Assembly: GCA_000002445.1 (NCBI GenBank)
Contig: CP000067.1
Location: forward strand, 1,280,001 to 1,344,000
Length of the DNA stretch: 64,000 bases
Direction of reading: 5' to 3'
DNA from: Trypanosoma brucei
Lineage: Eukaryota
Numbering within the stretch: position 1 is the stretch's first letter; every line of letters starts with the position of its first letter. Under the pieces are notes generated by a model. That model ran no database searches. It was not told where the DNA came from and saw only the letters and a list, made by a program, of their open reading frames with translations. The position numbers and the translations under genes were made by a program. Positions 43,210 to 52,659 of this stretch are shown one piece after another.

Positions 43210-44688
43210 TTACCAGCCCACAGCCACTCCGTATATAGTGGCTCCAGTGCCAAATACAGACAAGGCAACACCAGCAAATAAAACTGCGTATGTTGCAATG
43301 TAGTGTAGCCACCCAACGGTACTCAGGGACCAGTTACCACCATACATCATGAATAAGGAGGGAAGGATGAATGCAAGAAATCCACCACACACAGAGCCAA
43401 CGAAACCAAGTACTGTATTAATGTTCGGAATAAATAGGCCACAAAGCAGCATAATTATGGAAATGGTTCCAATAATAGTGCAATGCTTAAAAAATGAAAG
43501 CTTCTCCGTATCCAAGCCGATAATGCCGCACAACCCATTTCGGCATGTCATTGCAAGAAGAGCGTAAGATGCGAATAGTTTTACGAGCAGGCCAACAAAT
43601 CCCACCAAAATTGCCGGCTCCTTCACGGGGTCATACATCAATAACACGGAGCCTGCCACATCACGCCCAAAGTCAAGGTAACCGAAGAATGCTGTCATGA
43701 CACACAGGACAAGACATATACCCATGGCAATAGCAGAGTATGCAGTAAACCTGTGCGCACTGGGCTTTGCCATTCCGAAATATATTTCAAAAACAGAGAT
43801 ATGACACAAAAATGCAAACGTAAAGACACCTGGGCCTTCCACTGCCCGGTTGCTGGTGCCGAAGAGGTGAATGCCCTCATCACCTGGCGCTCCAGTAACA
43901 TGTACGTTCTTAATGTTTTCCGGCAGCCCGTTCATACATGAATGCACCACAATAACTACCATAAGGTAAAATACGAAGAAAACAGAAATCGTCGAGACAT
44001 ACCTCAAGGAATTCACCTCTCGTGGAATGGTGAGTGGTAGCATAAAACATAGCCACATGATGAAAGTCAGAAGGCGATTACCCCACTTCTCCTTAAGGAA
44101 GTTTGGCGCATCTGTACCCTTAAGTATTGTGCTAACAATATCGCCTGTCGCTATTATCTGCGCTACGGCTGCCCCAAATGCCTCAACAACACGTAATACC
44201 CCTATAAAGTACAAACAAGGCTGCCCAAGCAGCGCACGCGCCATACCCTCGTAGGATCTGAATCCATGCCGCTCCATTTGTGCACCAAGACAATATAATG
44301 AGTATACGCATAGGAAATATATGATGATAGGGTACACAAATGCCATGACCAGTCCAGTGCTGTTGGCGGCCGCGGGCAACCCGAGGATACCAGCTCCGAT
44401 ACATATGGAGGCAAGGCTGAAGGCGGTCGAAACTAGCCCGCCCGGAGGGATCATTGAAGTGAAACACTTCATGGATGACTGTTCCCCTTCTCCCTCATTA
44501 GCGGGAAGAGCATTCTTGCCCTTAAGCCCTTCATCATCTCCACTTATCACTTCGCAGGAGCCGAAAGGAGATGTGACATCTGCCTTGTTTATCTGTTCCC
44601 TGTCTGTTGTGGGGACCACTGCGGACGCCATCCAACAATAATGATAACAGAGTGTTTGCCTTGCTTGCGCACTTACGTGCATACGCAA
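43210..44688 (-). CDS. Amino acid transporter, type A (492 aa), array copy 2
   Basis: Near-identical to copy 1 (e.g. ISGDDEG versus ISGEDEG, ERHGF versus ERHRF). Confidence 0.85.
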   Translation of the reverse strand: MRMHVSAQARQTLCYHYCWMASAVVPTTDREQINKADVTSPFGSCEVISGDDEGLKGKNALPANEGEGEQSSMKCFTSMIPPGGLVSTAFSLASICIGAGILGLPAAANSTGLVMAFVYPIIIYFLCVYSLYCLGAQMERHGFRSYEGMARALLGQPCLYFIGVLRVVEAFGAAVAQIIATGDIVSTILKGTDAPNFLKEKWGNRLLTFIMWLCFMLPLTIPREVNSLRYVSTISVFFVFYLMVVIVVHSCMNGLPENIKNVHVTGAPGDEGIHLFGTSNRAVEGPGVFTFAFLCHISVFEIYFGMAKPSAHRFTAYSAIAMGICLVLCVMTAFFGYLDFGRDVAGSVLLMYDPVKEPAILVGFVGLLVKLFASYALLAMTCRNGLCGIIGLDTEKLSFFKHCTIIGTISIIMLLCGLFIPNINTVLGFVGSVCGGFLAFILPSLFMMYGGNWSLSTVGWLHYIATYAVLFAGVALSVFGTGATIYGVAVGW

Positions 44689-45308
44689 AAGAAAAAGGGA
44701 GCAAACAGCGTAATGGAGAGTAATTGTTTAGGGGATGATCATCCATGCGGTTGTGAATAACCGAAGATGATGGATATGCAGTGGTTATAGTCAGTTCAGT
44801 GAGGCAAAAAAAAAAGGCGTTGAAACCATCTTTTTACACGGTGAATATTGCCAAATGTACTCCTTATGTGTTAAGCTCGGAACACGTCTATGTGTAAATG
44901 TATATGGAAAAAACGAGGTGAAGGGGACATGTTTACTGATGTAGATACACAAACCTCACGAAACATAAGAGCTGCGCAAAGGGACGGACGAACAAAATAC
45001 GGTTACCGAAGCCGCCGCAGCGACAGCAGGGTACCTAAGATATTAAATCGGGATAATAAGTTATGATAAAAGCAATAACACATAAAGAATACGTAAGCCG
45101 ATACAAAGCAAATCGTTTCACAGTGAACAGGAGGGAATGGATTCGCTCACCCACTTCAGTTAAAACGCTACTCGCTCAGTAGTTGAGTAAACCAAATCAA
45201 AAAAGGAAGGACAAGGTAAACAAAACAGATATTTAACAGTGCCAACAACGTTGTCACGACCTTCTTTTTAAATCATTCACTCGGGCTGACCCTTATCATC
45301 CCTTGCTT

Positions 45309-46697
45309 TTATATGTTAATAGCTCCCCAGATGGAAGCCCCCGTGCCAAACACAATTGCAATGACACCAGTGATGAGTACCGTATACGTCGCGATATAGT
45401 GAAAGGGCCCAACTTTCTGCCATGTAAATCCACCGGCATACAATAACAACAGAGCAGGGAAAATGAATCCAAGAAGTCCACCAGAGATCGAACCAGCGAG
45501 GCCAAGTACTGTATTAATGTTTGGAATAAATAGGCCACAAAGCAGCATAATTACGGAAAGGGTTACGACAGCAACACAGTGCTTCCAGAACATCACCTTC
45601 TCCGCATCCCAACCAATAATGCTGTACAGCGCGTTACGGCATGCCATTCCGAGCAGCGCGTAAGATGCGAATAGTTTTACGAGCAGGCCGATGAATCCCA
45701 CCATAATTGCCGGCTCCTTCACGGGGTCATACATCAATAACACGGAGCCTGTAACATCACGCCCAAAGTCAAGGTAACCGAAGAATGCTGTCAAAACGTA
45801 CATGGTGAAGCAGACAGCCATTGCAATGGTGGATGCCATTACAAACTTACCCACCGACCTGTTTGTCATTCCTACATAGACCTCATACGCCGTAATTTGT
45901 GAGACGTAGGCGAAAATGAACACCCCAAGTCCTTCGATGGCCTTGTTCCCACTGTTAAAAAGCACAATTGCAGCCACATCATTCCTGCCCACGCTGACGT
46001 TCTTGATGTTTTCCGGCAACCCGTTCATACATGAATGCACCACAATAACGATCACAAGGTAGACAATGAAGCTAACAGCAAAGGTCGAGACGTACCTCAA
46101 GGAATTCACCTCTCGTGGAATGGCGAGTGGTAGCATAAAACATAGCCACATGATGAAAGTCAGAAGGCGATTACCCCACTTCTCCTTAAGGAAGTCTGGC
46201 GCATCTGTACCCTTAAGTATTGCGCTGAGGATATCACCCACGGATATTATGTACGCCACACAACCGCTGAAGCCATGAAAGGCACGGGTTGCGGCCACAA
46301 GGTAGGATCCCTTGGCACCAAACAATACTTTTGCCACACCCTCAAAGTCGTGTGTTTTTGTTTTGTCTGCAGCGACACCGAGGGCATATATGGAGAATAT
46401 AGTCATAACAGTAATTATAATGAGGTATACAATAGCCATAACGAGTCCGCTACTGTTGGCAGCGGAGGGTAGACCGACGATACCAGCTCCAACGGTTGAT
46501 GATGCGATGTTGAAAGCACTTGCGGCAATGCCTCCGGGTGGGATGGCGGTGGCCACAAATGTGCTCATCCGTGCAAGGAAGCCGGTTCCCTCCCGCTGCT
46601 CTTGTGACTTGGGGTCTACAGCCGCGTCGCAGCATCCGATTGGTTCGTTCCTGACTTCCATGGCGGTGGGAACCTCTCGGGAGCAGGAGTCAGTCAC
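45309..46697 (-). CDS. Amino acid transporter, type B (462 aa), array copy 2
   Basis: Identical translation to 41321-42709. Confidence 0.85.
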   Translation of the reverse strand: MTDSCSREVPTAMEVRNEPIGCCDAAVDPKSQEQREGTGFLARMSTFVATAIPPGGIAASAFNIASSTVGAGIVGLPSAANSSGLVMAIVYLIIITVMTIFSIYALGVAADKTKTHDFEGVAKVLFGAKGSYLVAATRAFHGFSGCVAYIISVGDILSAILKGTDAPDFLKEKWGNRLLTFIMWLCFMLPLAIPREVNSLRYVSTFAVSFIVYLVIVIVVHSCMNGLPENIKNVSVGRNDVAAIVLFNSGNKAIEGLGVFIFAYVSQITAYEVYVGMTNRSVGKFVMASTIAMAVCFTMYVLTAFFGYLDFGRDVTGSVLLMYDPVKEPAIMVGFIGLLVKLFASYALLGMACRNALYSIIGWDAEKVMFWKHCVAVVTLSVIMLLCGLFIPNINTVLGLAGSISGGLLGFIFPALLLLYAGGFTWQKVGPFHYIATYTVLITGVIAIVFGTGASIWGAINI

Positions 46698-47197
46698 AAT
46701 CGAGTCTGCGCCTTCGTTGCTCGTATTCTCTTTGTACTGGTATACGTGTGTGTGTGTTTTGGTGTGCAGTCAAAAAAATGTAGAAGAGAGTATAGGAGAA
46801 GGGAAAAGCACATTTTGTGTTATTTCCATATTGGTTCCGGAATGTGCATCGGCATGGGCATGGGAGCGACGTGCACAGAACGTTTAACACTAATCCAACA
46901 AGATTGAAAACACATGTTATACCGCCTCTCCCCCATTTTTACGGAAAAATATTTCGTCCATGTTATACGTAAGAATAATGTACCCGCTACAGAAGGAATT
47001 GCTGCTGGTTAGCACCGTCCCTTCAAAGGGGGAATTATTACCGTATAATTCACGTTCGAGGAAGGAAATAACATATTTACCAGAGTTTTTAAGTTATTCC
47101 GTATATTATTTGCTTGTGAAGCGCTTTTTTACTCTAAAGTTGTGGCTTGTTACAACATTTTGCTTCGGAAGTACCGTTTGCCAAGCGTGGGGCATTA

Positions 47198-48676
47198 TTA
47201 CCAACCCACAGCCACTCCGTATATAGTGGCTCCAGTGCCAAATACAGACAAGGCAACACCAGCAAATAAAACTGCGTATGTTGCAATGTAGTGTAGCCAC
47301 CCAACGGTACTCAGGGACCAGTTACCACCATACATCATGAATAAGGAGGGAAGGATGAATCCAAGAAATCCACCACACACAGAGCCAACGAAACCAAACA
47401 CTGTATTAATGTTCGGAATAAATAGGCCACAAAGCAGCATAATTACGGAAAGGATTCCAATAATAGTGCAATGCTTAAAAAATGAAAGCTTCTCCGCATC
47501 CCACTCAACGATGCCGCACAACCCATTTCGGCAGGACATTGCAAGAAGAGCGTAAGATGCGAATAGTTTCGTAAGGACGCCAACAAATCCCACCAAAATT
47601 GCCGGCTCCTTCACGGGGTCATACATCAATAACACGGAGCCCGTAACTTTCCCCCCAAAGTCAAGGTAACCGAAGAATGCTGTCATGACACACAGGACAA
47701 GACATATACCCATGGCAATAGCAGAGTATGCAGTAAACCTGTGCGCACTTGGCTTTGCCATTCCGAAATATATTTCGAAGGCGTAACATTGACAAACAAA
47801 TGCAAACGTAAAGACACCTGGGCCTTCCACTGCCCGGTTGCTAGTGCCGAAGAGGTGAATGCCCTCATCACCTGGCGCTCCAGTAACATGTACGTTCTTA
47901 ATGTTTTCCGGCAGCCCGTTCATACATGAATGCACCACAATAACGCCCATAAGGTAAAATATAAAGACAACAGCAAAGGTCGAGACATACCTCAAGGAAT
48001 TCACCTCTCGTGGAATGGTGAGTGGTAGCATAAAACATAGCCACATGATGAAAGTCAGAAGGCGATTACCCCACTTCTCCTTAAGGAAGTTTGGCGCATC
48101 TGTACCCTTAAGTATTGTGCTAACAATATCGCCAACGGAGATTATGTACGCCACACAGGCCCCAAATGCGTTAACCACACGTAATACTCCAGTGAGGTGC
48201 GCACCGTAGGGCCCAAGCAGCGCACGCGCCATACCCTCGTAGGATCTGAATCCATGCCGCTCCATTTGTGCACCAAGACAATATAATGAGTATACGCATA
48301 GGAAATATATGATGATAGGGTACACAAATGTCATGACCAGTCCAGTGCTGTTGGCGGCCGCGGGCAACCCGAGGATACCAGCTCCGATACATATGGAGGC
48401 AAGGCTGAAGGCGGTCGAAACTAGCCCGCCCGGAGGGATCATTGAAGTGAAACACTTCATGGATGACTGTTCCCCTTCTCCCTCATTAGCGGGAAGAGCA
48501 TTCTTGCCCTTAAGCCCTTCATCTTCTCCACCTATCACTTCGCAGGAGCCGAAAGGAGATGTGACATCTGCCTTGTTTATCTGTTCCCTGTCTGTTGTGG
48601 GGACCACTGCGGACGCCATCCAACAACAATGATAACAGAGTGTTTGCCTTGCTTGCGCACTTACGTGCATACGCAA
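47198..48676 (-). CDS. Amino acid transporter, type A (492 aa), array copy 3; a mosaic carrying type-B patches
   Basis: It has the type-A N- and C-termini but internal segments matching type B (GACVAYIISVGDI, VSTFAV, WDAEK, LSVIMLLCGLF). Confidence 0.85.
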   Translation of the reverse strand: MRMHVSAQARQTLCYHCCWMASAVVPTTDREQINKADVTSPFGSCEVIGGEDEGLKGKNALPANEGEGEQSSMKCFTSMIPPGGLVSTAFSLASICIGAGILGLPAAANSTGLVMTFVYPIIIYFLCVYSLYCLGAQMERHGFRSYEGMARALLGPYGAHLTGVLRVVNAFGACVAYIISVGDIVSTILKGTDAPNFLKEKWGNRLLTFIMWLCFMLPLTIPREVNSLRYVSTFAVVFIFYLMGVIVVHSCMNGLPENIKNVHVTGAPGDEGIHLFGTSNRAVEGPGVFTFAFVCQCYAFEIYFGMAKPSAHRFTAYSAIAMGICLVLCVMTAFFGYLDFGGKVTGSVLLMYDPVKEPAILVGFVGVLTKLFASYALLAMSCRNGLCGIVEWDAEKLSFFKHCTIIGILSVIMLLCGLFIPNINTVFGFVGSVCGGFLGFILPSLFMMYGGNWSLSTVGWLHYIATYAVLFAGVALSVFGTGATIYGVAVGW

Positions 48677-49190
48677 AAGAAAAAGGGAGCAAACAGCGTA
48701 ATGGAGAGTAATTGTTTAGGGGATGATCATCCATGCGGTTGTGAATAACCGAAGATGATGGATATGCAGTGGTGACAGAAAATGAAGAGAAGGCGGGCGG
48801 ACATCCTTCTTAGGTGGTAGGATTGTCTGACTGCTGAATTACGCTAGGATTGTTGCGCACGTTGTGAAGAACACAACAACTGTACTTTATTGTTAATAGG
48901 AAAATTTAATGCTGCCATCTTAGGATAAATACAACACGAACAGCATCTAGTAATGTGCTGGTGGGGCGATAACATCACCGTTAGTGGATGAAGGAGTGGT
49001 TTCTTCTACGTGCTTATATAAAATAGGAAAACCATTACACAAAATTAAATAAGAAGTTTACGATTAGAACACACCCATATTATCCACCTACATCAATAAT
49101 TGACGACGCAGGAAATCCCAACAAACAGGACCGTGAAAGAGTCAATGACAACTAAAGGACATCTGTGACTAAGGCATTTTTAATCAATTG

Positions 49191-50582
49191 TCAATTTCCC
49201 ACCACTACGCCATGTATAGTGGCCCCCGTGCCAAACACAATGGCCAGCACACCACTAAGCAACAACGTATACGTCGCGATATAGTGAAAGGGCCCAACTT
49301 TCTGCCATGTAAATCCACCGGCATACAATAACAACAGAGCAGGGAAAATGAATCCAAGAAGTCCACCAGAGATCGAACCAGCGAGGCCAAGTACTGTATT
49401 AATGTTTGGAATAAATAGGCCACAAAGCAGCATAATTACGGAAAGGGTTACGACAGCAACACAGTGCTTCCAGAAGATCACCTTCTCCGCATCCCAACCA
49501 ATAATGCTGTACAGCGCGTTACGGCATGCCATTCCGAGCAGCGCGTAAGATGCGAATAGTTTTACGAGCAGGCCGATGAATCCCACCATAATTGCCGGCT
49601 CCTTCACGGGGTCATACATCAATAACACGGAGCCTGTAACATCACGCCCAAAGTCAAGGTAACCGAAGAATGCAGTCATGGCATACAGCACGGAGCACGT
49701 TGCCATCGCGATGCTCGTGGCGACGATAAACTTGCGTACAGACCTGTCTTCCATGTCCATGTAAACCTCATACGCCGTAATTTGTGAGACGTAGGCGAAA
49801 ATGAACACCCCAAGTCCTTCGATGGCCTTGTTCCCACTGTTAAAAAGCACAATTGCAGCCACATCATTCCTGCCCACGCTGACGTTCTTGATGTTTTCCG
49901 GCAACCCGTTCATACATGAATGCACCACAATAACGATCACAAGGTAGACAATGAAGCTAACAGCAAAGGTCGAGACGTACCTCAAGGAATTCACCTCTCG
50001 TGGAATGGCGAGTGGTAGCATAAAACATAGCCACATGATGAAAGTCAGAAGGCGATTACCCCACTTCTCCTTAAGGAAGTCTGGCGCATCTGTACCCTTA
50101 AGTATTGCGCTGAGGATATCACCCACGGATATTATGTACGCCACACAGGCGCTGAAGCCATGAAAGGCACGGGTTGCGGCCACAAGGTAGGATCCCTTGG
50201 CACCAAACAATACTTTTGCCACACCCTCAAAGTCGTGTGTTTTTGTTTTGTCTGCAGCGACACCGAGGGCATATATGGAGAATATAGTCATAACAGTAAT
50301 TATAATGAGGTATACAATAGCCATAACGAGTCCGCTACTGTTGGCAGCGGAGGGTAGACCGACGATACCAGCTCCAACGGTTGATGATGCGATGTTGAAA
50401 GCACTTGCGGCAATGCCTCCGGGTGGGATGGCGGTGGCCACAAATGTGCTCATCCGTGCAAGGAAGCCGGTTCCCTCCCGCTGCTCTTGTGACTTGGGGT
50501 CTACAGCCGCGTCGCAGCATCCGATTGGTTCGTTCCTGACTTCCATGGCGGTGGGAACCTCTCGGGAGCAGGAGTCAGTCAC
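49191..50582 (-). CDS. Amino acid transporter, type B (463 aa), array copy 3; a variant with unique internal and C-terminal patches
   Basis: It is identical to the other B copies for ~280 aa, then diverges (YMDMEDRSVRKFIVATSIAMATCSVLYAM; C-terminus ...LLLSGVLAIVFGTGATIHGVVVGN). Confidence 0.85.
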   Translation of the reverse strand: MTDSCSREVPTAMEVRNEPIGCCDAAVDPKSQEQREGTGFLARMSTFVATAIPPGGIAASAFNIASSTVGAGIVGLPSAANSSGLVMAIVYLIIITVMTIFSIYALGVAADKTKTHDFEGVAKVLFGAKGSYLVAATRAFHGFSACVAYIISVGDILSAILKGTDAPDFLKEKWGNRLLTFIMWLCFMLPLAIPREVNSLRYVSTFAVSFIVYLVIVIVVHSCMNGLPENIKNVSVGRNDVAAIVLFNSGNKAIEGLGVFIFAYVSQITAYEVYMDMEDRSVRKFIVATSIAMATCSVLYAMTAFFGYLDFGRDVTGSVLLMYDPVKEPAIMVGFIGLLVKLFASYALLGMACRNALYSIIGWDAEKVIFWKHCVAVVTLSVIMLLCGLFIPNINTVLGLAGSISGGLLGFIFPALLLLYAGGFTWQKVGPFHYIATYTLLLSGVLAIVFGTGATIHGVVVGN

Positions 50583-50980
50583 AATCGAGTCTGCGCCTTC
50601 GTTGCTCGTATTCTCTTTGTACTGGTATACGTGTGTGTGTGTTTTGGTGTGCAGTCAAAAAAATGTAGAAGAGAGTATAGGAGAAGGGAAAAGCACATTT
50701 TGTGTTATTTCCATATAGTACCCCTTTTCTCTTCGCCAAAAACATTTTGCATTATCAATGTTTATATGCTATATGTTTTATTATTATTTTGTTTTATTTT
50801 TTGGTAAAGCCATTTTGCTGGTGTTTTCCATAATTTTTTAGACGGAATTTACTCTCAGTTCAGCGAACTTCCCTTCATATATTTCTTTTCGCACTATGAG
50901 GACACATATTTTGGTTTTCATGGTTTGCGTTGCTTCAATGCGCTGATAGAGTGTTAAAGAGGCTTGACAGTCGTGGAAGT

Positions 50981-51003
50981 GTGTGTGTGTGTGTGTGTGT
51001 GTA
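50981..51003. repeat. (GT)11 microsatellite at the upstream end of the transporter array
   Basis: gtgtgtgtgtgtgtgtgtgtgtg, read directly. Confidence 0.9.
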
Positions 51004-52659
51004 TTCTTCTGTTGTCAATGCTGTTCCACCCTTTGTATGGTGGTGGACTTCTCGTTGCATCGCTGTTGGTACTAATTTTGCATCTCCCTTTTCATATATA
51101 TATATATATATTTCCTTTTCACTACGGCATTTAACTGGGGAACACTCCGTTAGAACCAGGGAGAAGTGAAACAACCCATAACTTTGAGGAAGAGAAGAGA
51201 AGAGGGGAGAGGAGGGAAACTTATAAACCAGAGTGATTAAGCGAATTGTTTTCGTAATTTTGCCAATCCATCAGCAGTGTGAGAGGAAGAAATTGTATCC
51301 TTTCGCACAACATACAATCTTCGTAGCACAAAGGGAAGACAGAGGACCATATAATAAAGCGTACGAAATGTTAATATCTCCTGCCGCTGTTGGAAACGGC
51401 TATGTATATATATATATATAATTTATATTTTTTACTGTTTCTTTGTGTGCGATCTTCTTCATAAATAAATAGACACTTTTATCACTCGTTCGTTCAACTA
51501 CGTATCGGGGATCCGGTTAAGTAATGGTGAAAAGCAACTCTTTTACACCTTAGATAAAACGCTACCACAAAACATGAAATGAAAGAAAACAAGACGGAAC
51601 GGACCGAACGAAGTCTCTCACTCGTTTTTTTTCCATTCATTCTGCCACAGCAAGTAATAACAAGTAAGGAGACATAAAACAATTAATACGGGGGGGGGTG
51701 GATATAAGTGTAAAAAAAAAAAAAGAATATGTGTATGTAACGCGTGCGAGAACCGTCCACAGCATAAATACATCACCGCTGCGACGTAAACGGGAGGGGA
51801 AACAAGATGGACACACACACACACACATACACAAACGAAAAGAGAAAAAGGGATACAGTTAAACGATATCGAGCCACTTCCTCTTTCACATTTATTCTTC
51901 CACAGCCCCATTCACTTTCACTCAGCCAGTTACTGATTTCACTGATGCTTTTCAGGTTGTTAAAAAGCAGCCGGGGTAACAAAAACATAAAACAAGGAAC
52001 AGATGGAATCAGAGGCCGATAGTGACGAGCGCACAGATGTCACCGATGTAAACAAAAATACAAGAGAAAAAAGAATGAAAACAACAAAAACCAAACGAAA
52101 CAAGGACCAAACGGACGGATATACTCCTTGAGACACCGATAAATGCGTGGGTGTTGATTGTGGGTGAGGTAAGATCGTACGATGAAATTGACGTAACAGT
52201 AATAATAATAATAATAATATCGACCGCTTTCAAACAGACGTAACAACAATAGTAATGCGACGAGAAAGGGAAGTAGTTATGACGATACACATATGTGCGG
52301 TGGTGGGAAATATAGAGGCGGCAGTGGGGAACTGGCGAAAAAACTTCGTCATATTGCTTGTGTTTGCCCCAACTTCTGTCACTTTCGCGCAACTAACGAC
52401 TAAAAGAAGTCACATGCCCACCTCATTCCTCTCTTTAGTCAGTCCCCTGTCGCCTCATTTTCCCTTCCTCCCTTTTCTTCGTTTTTCTTTTTTTTTTTTT
52501 AAAAAGTTTCCTCCGTTTAGGATCCTTAATAACATTTTGCTAGATCTTCGAGATGCCTAGTGTGCAGCCACCTTCAACCCTCAACCCCTCTAGAATGTCC
52601 TCTGTTCTTCCTTTTTTTCTTAAAAAAAAAACGAGCACCAGGCGCTGTTGCGATTATAT

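Larger units (their letters stand above)
39190..50720. repeat. Tandem array of three ~3.99 kb units. Each unit carries one 492-aa and one 462-aa amino-acid-transporter gene plus conserved intergenic sequence
   Basis: The period between gene starts is 3988-3989 bp (39221/43210/47198 and 41321/45309). Flanking plus-strand ORFs recur with the same period, and unit-to-unit nucleotide identity is very high except for mosaic patches. Confidence 0.9.

Noticed and set aside
39190-50720. Tandem ~4 kb repeats as a CRISPR array or a prokaryotic defence or mobile island (the task hint of a novel system).
   Set aside because: The repeat units are gene-length transporter cassettes, not 25-40 bp repeats with spacers. 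The window is eukaryotic, with CCA-less tRNAs, trypanosomatid retroposon and 7SL signatures, unidirectional polycistron organisation, and no RBS/operon structure. Prokaryotic system models do not apply.
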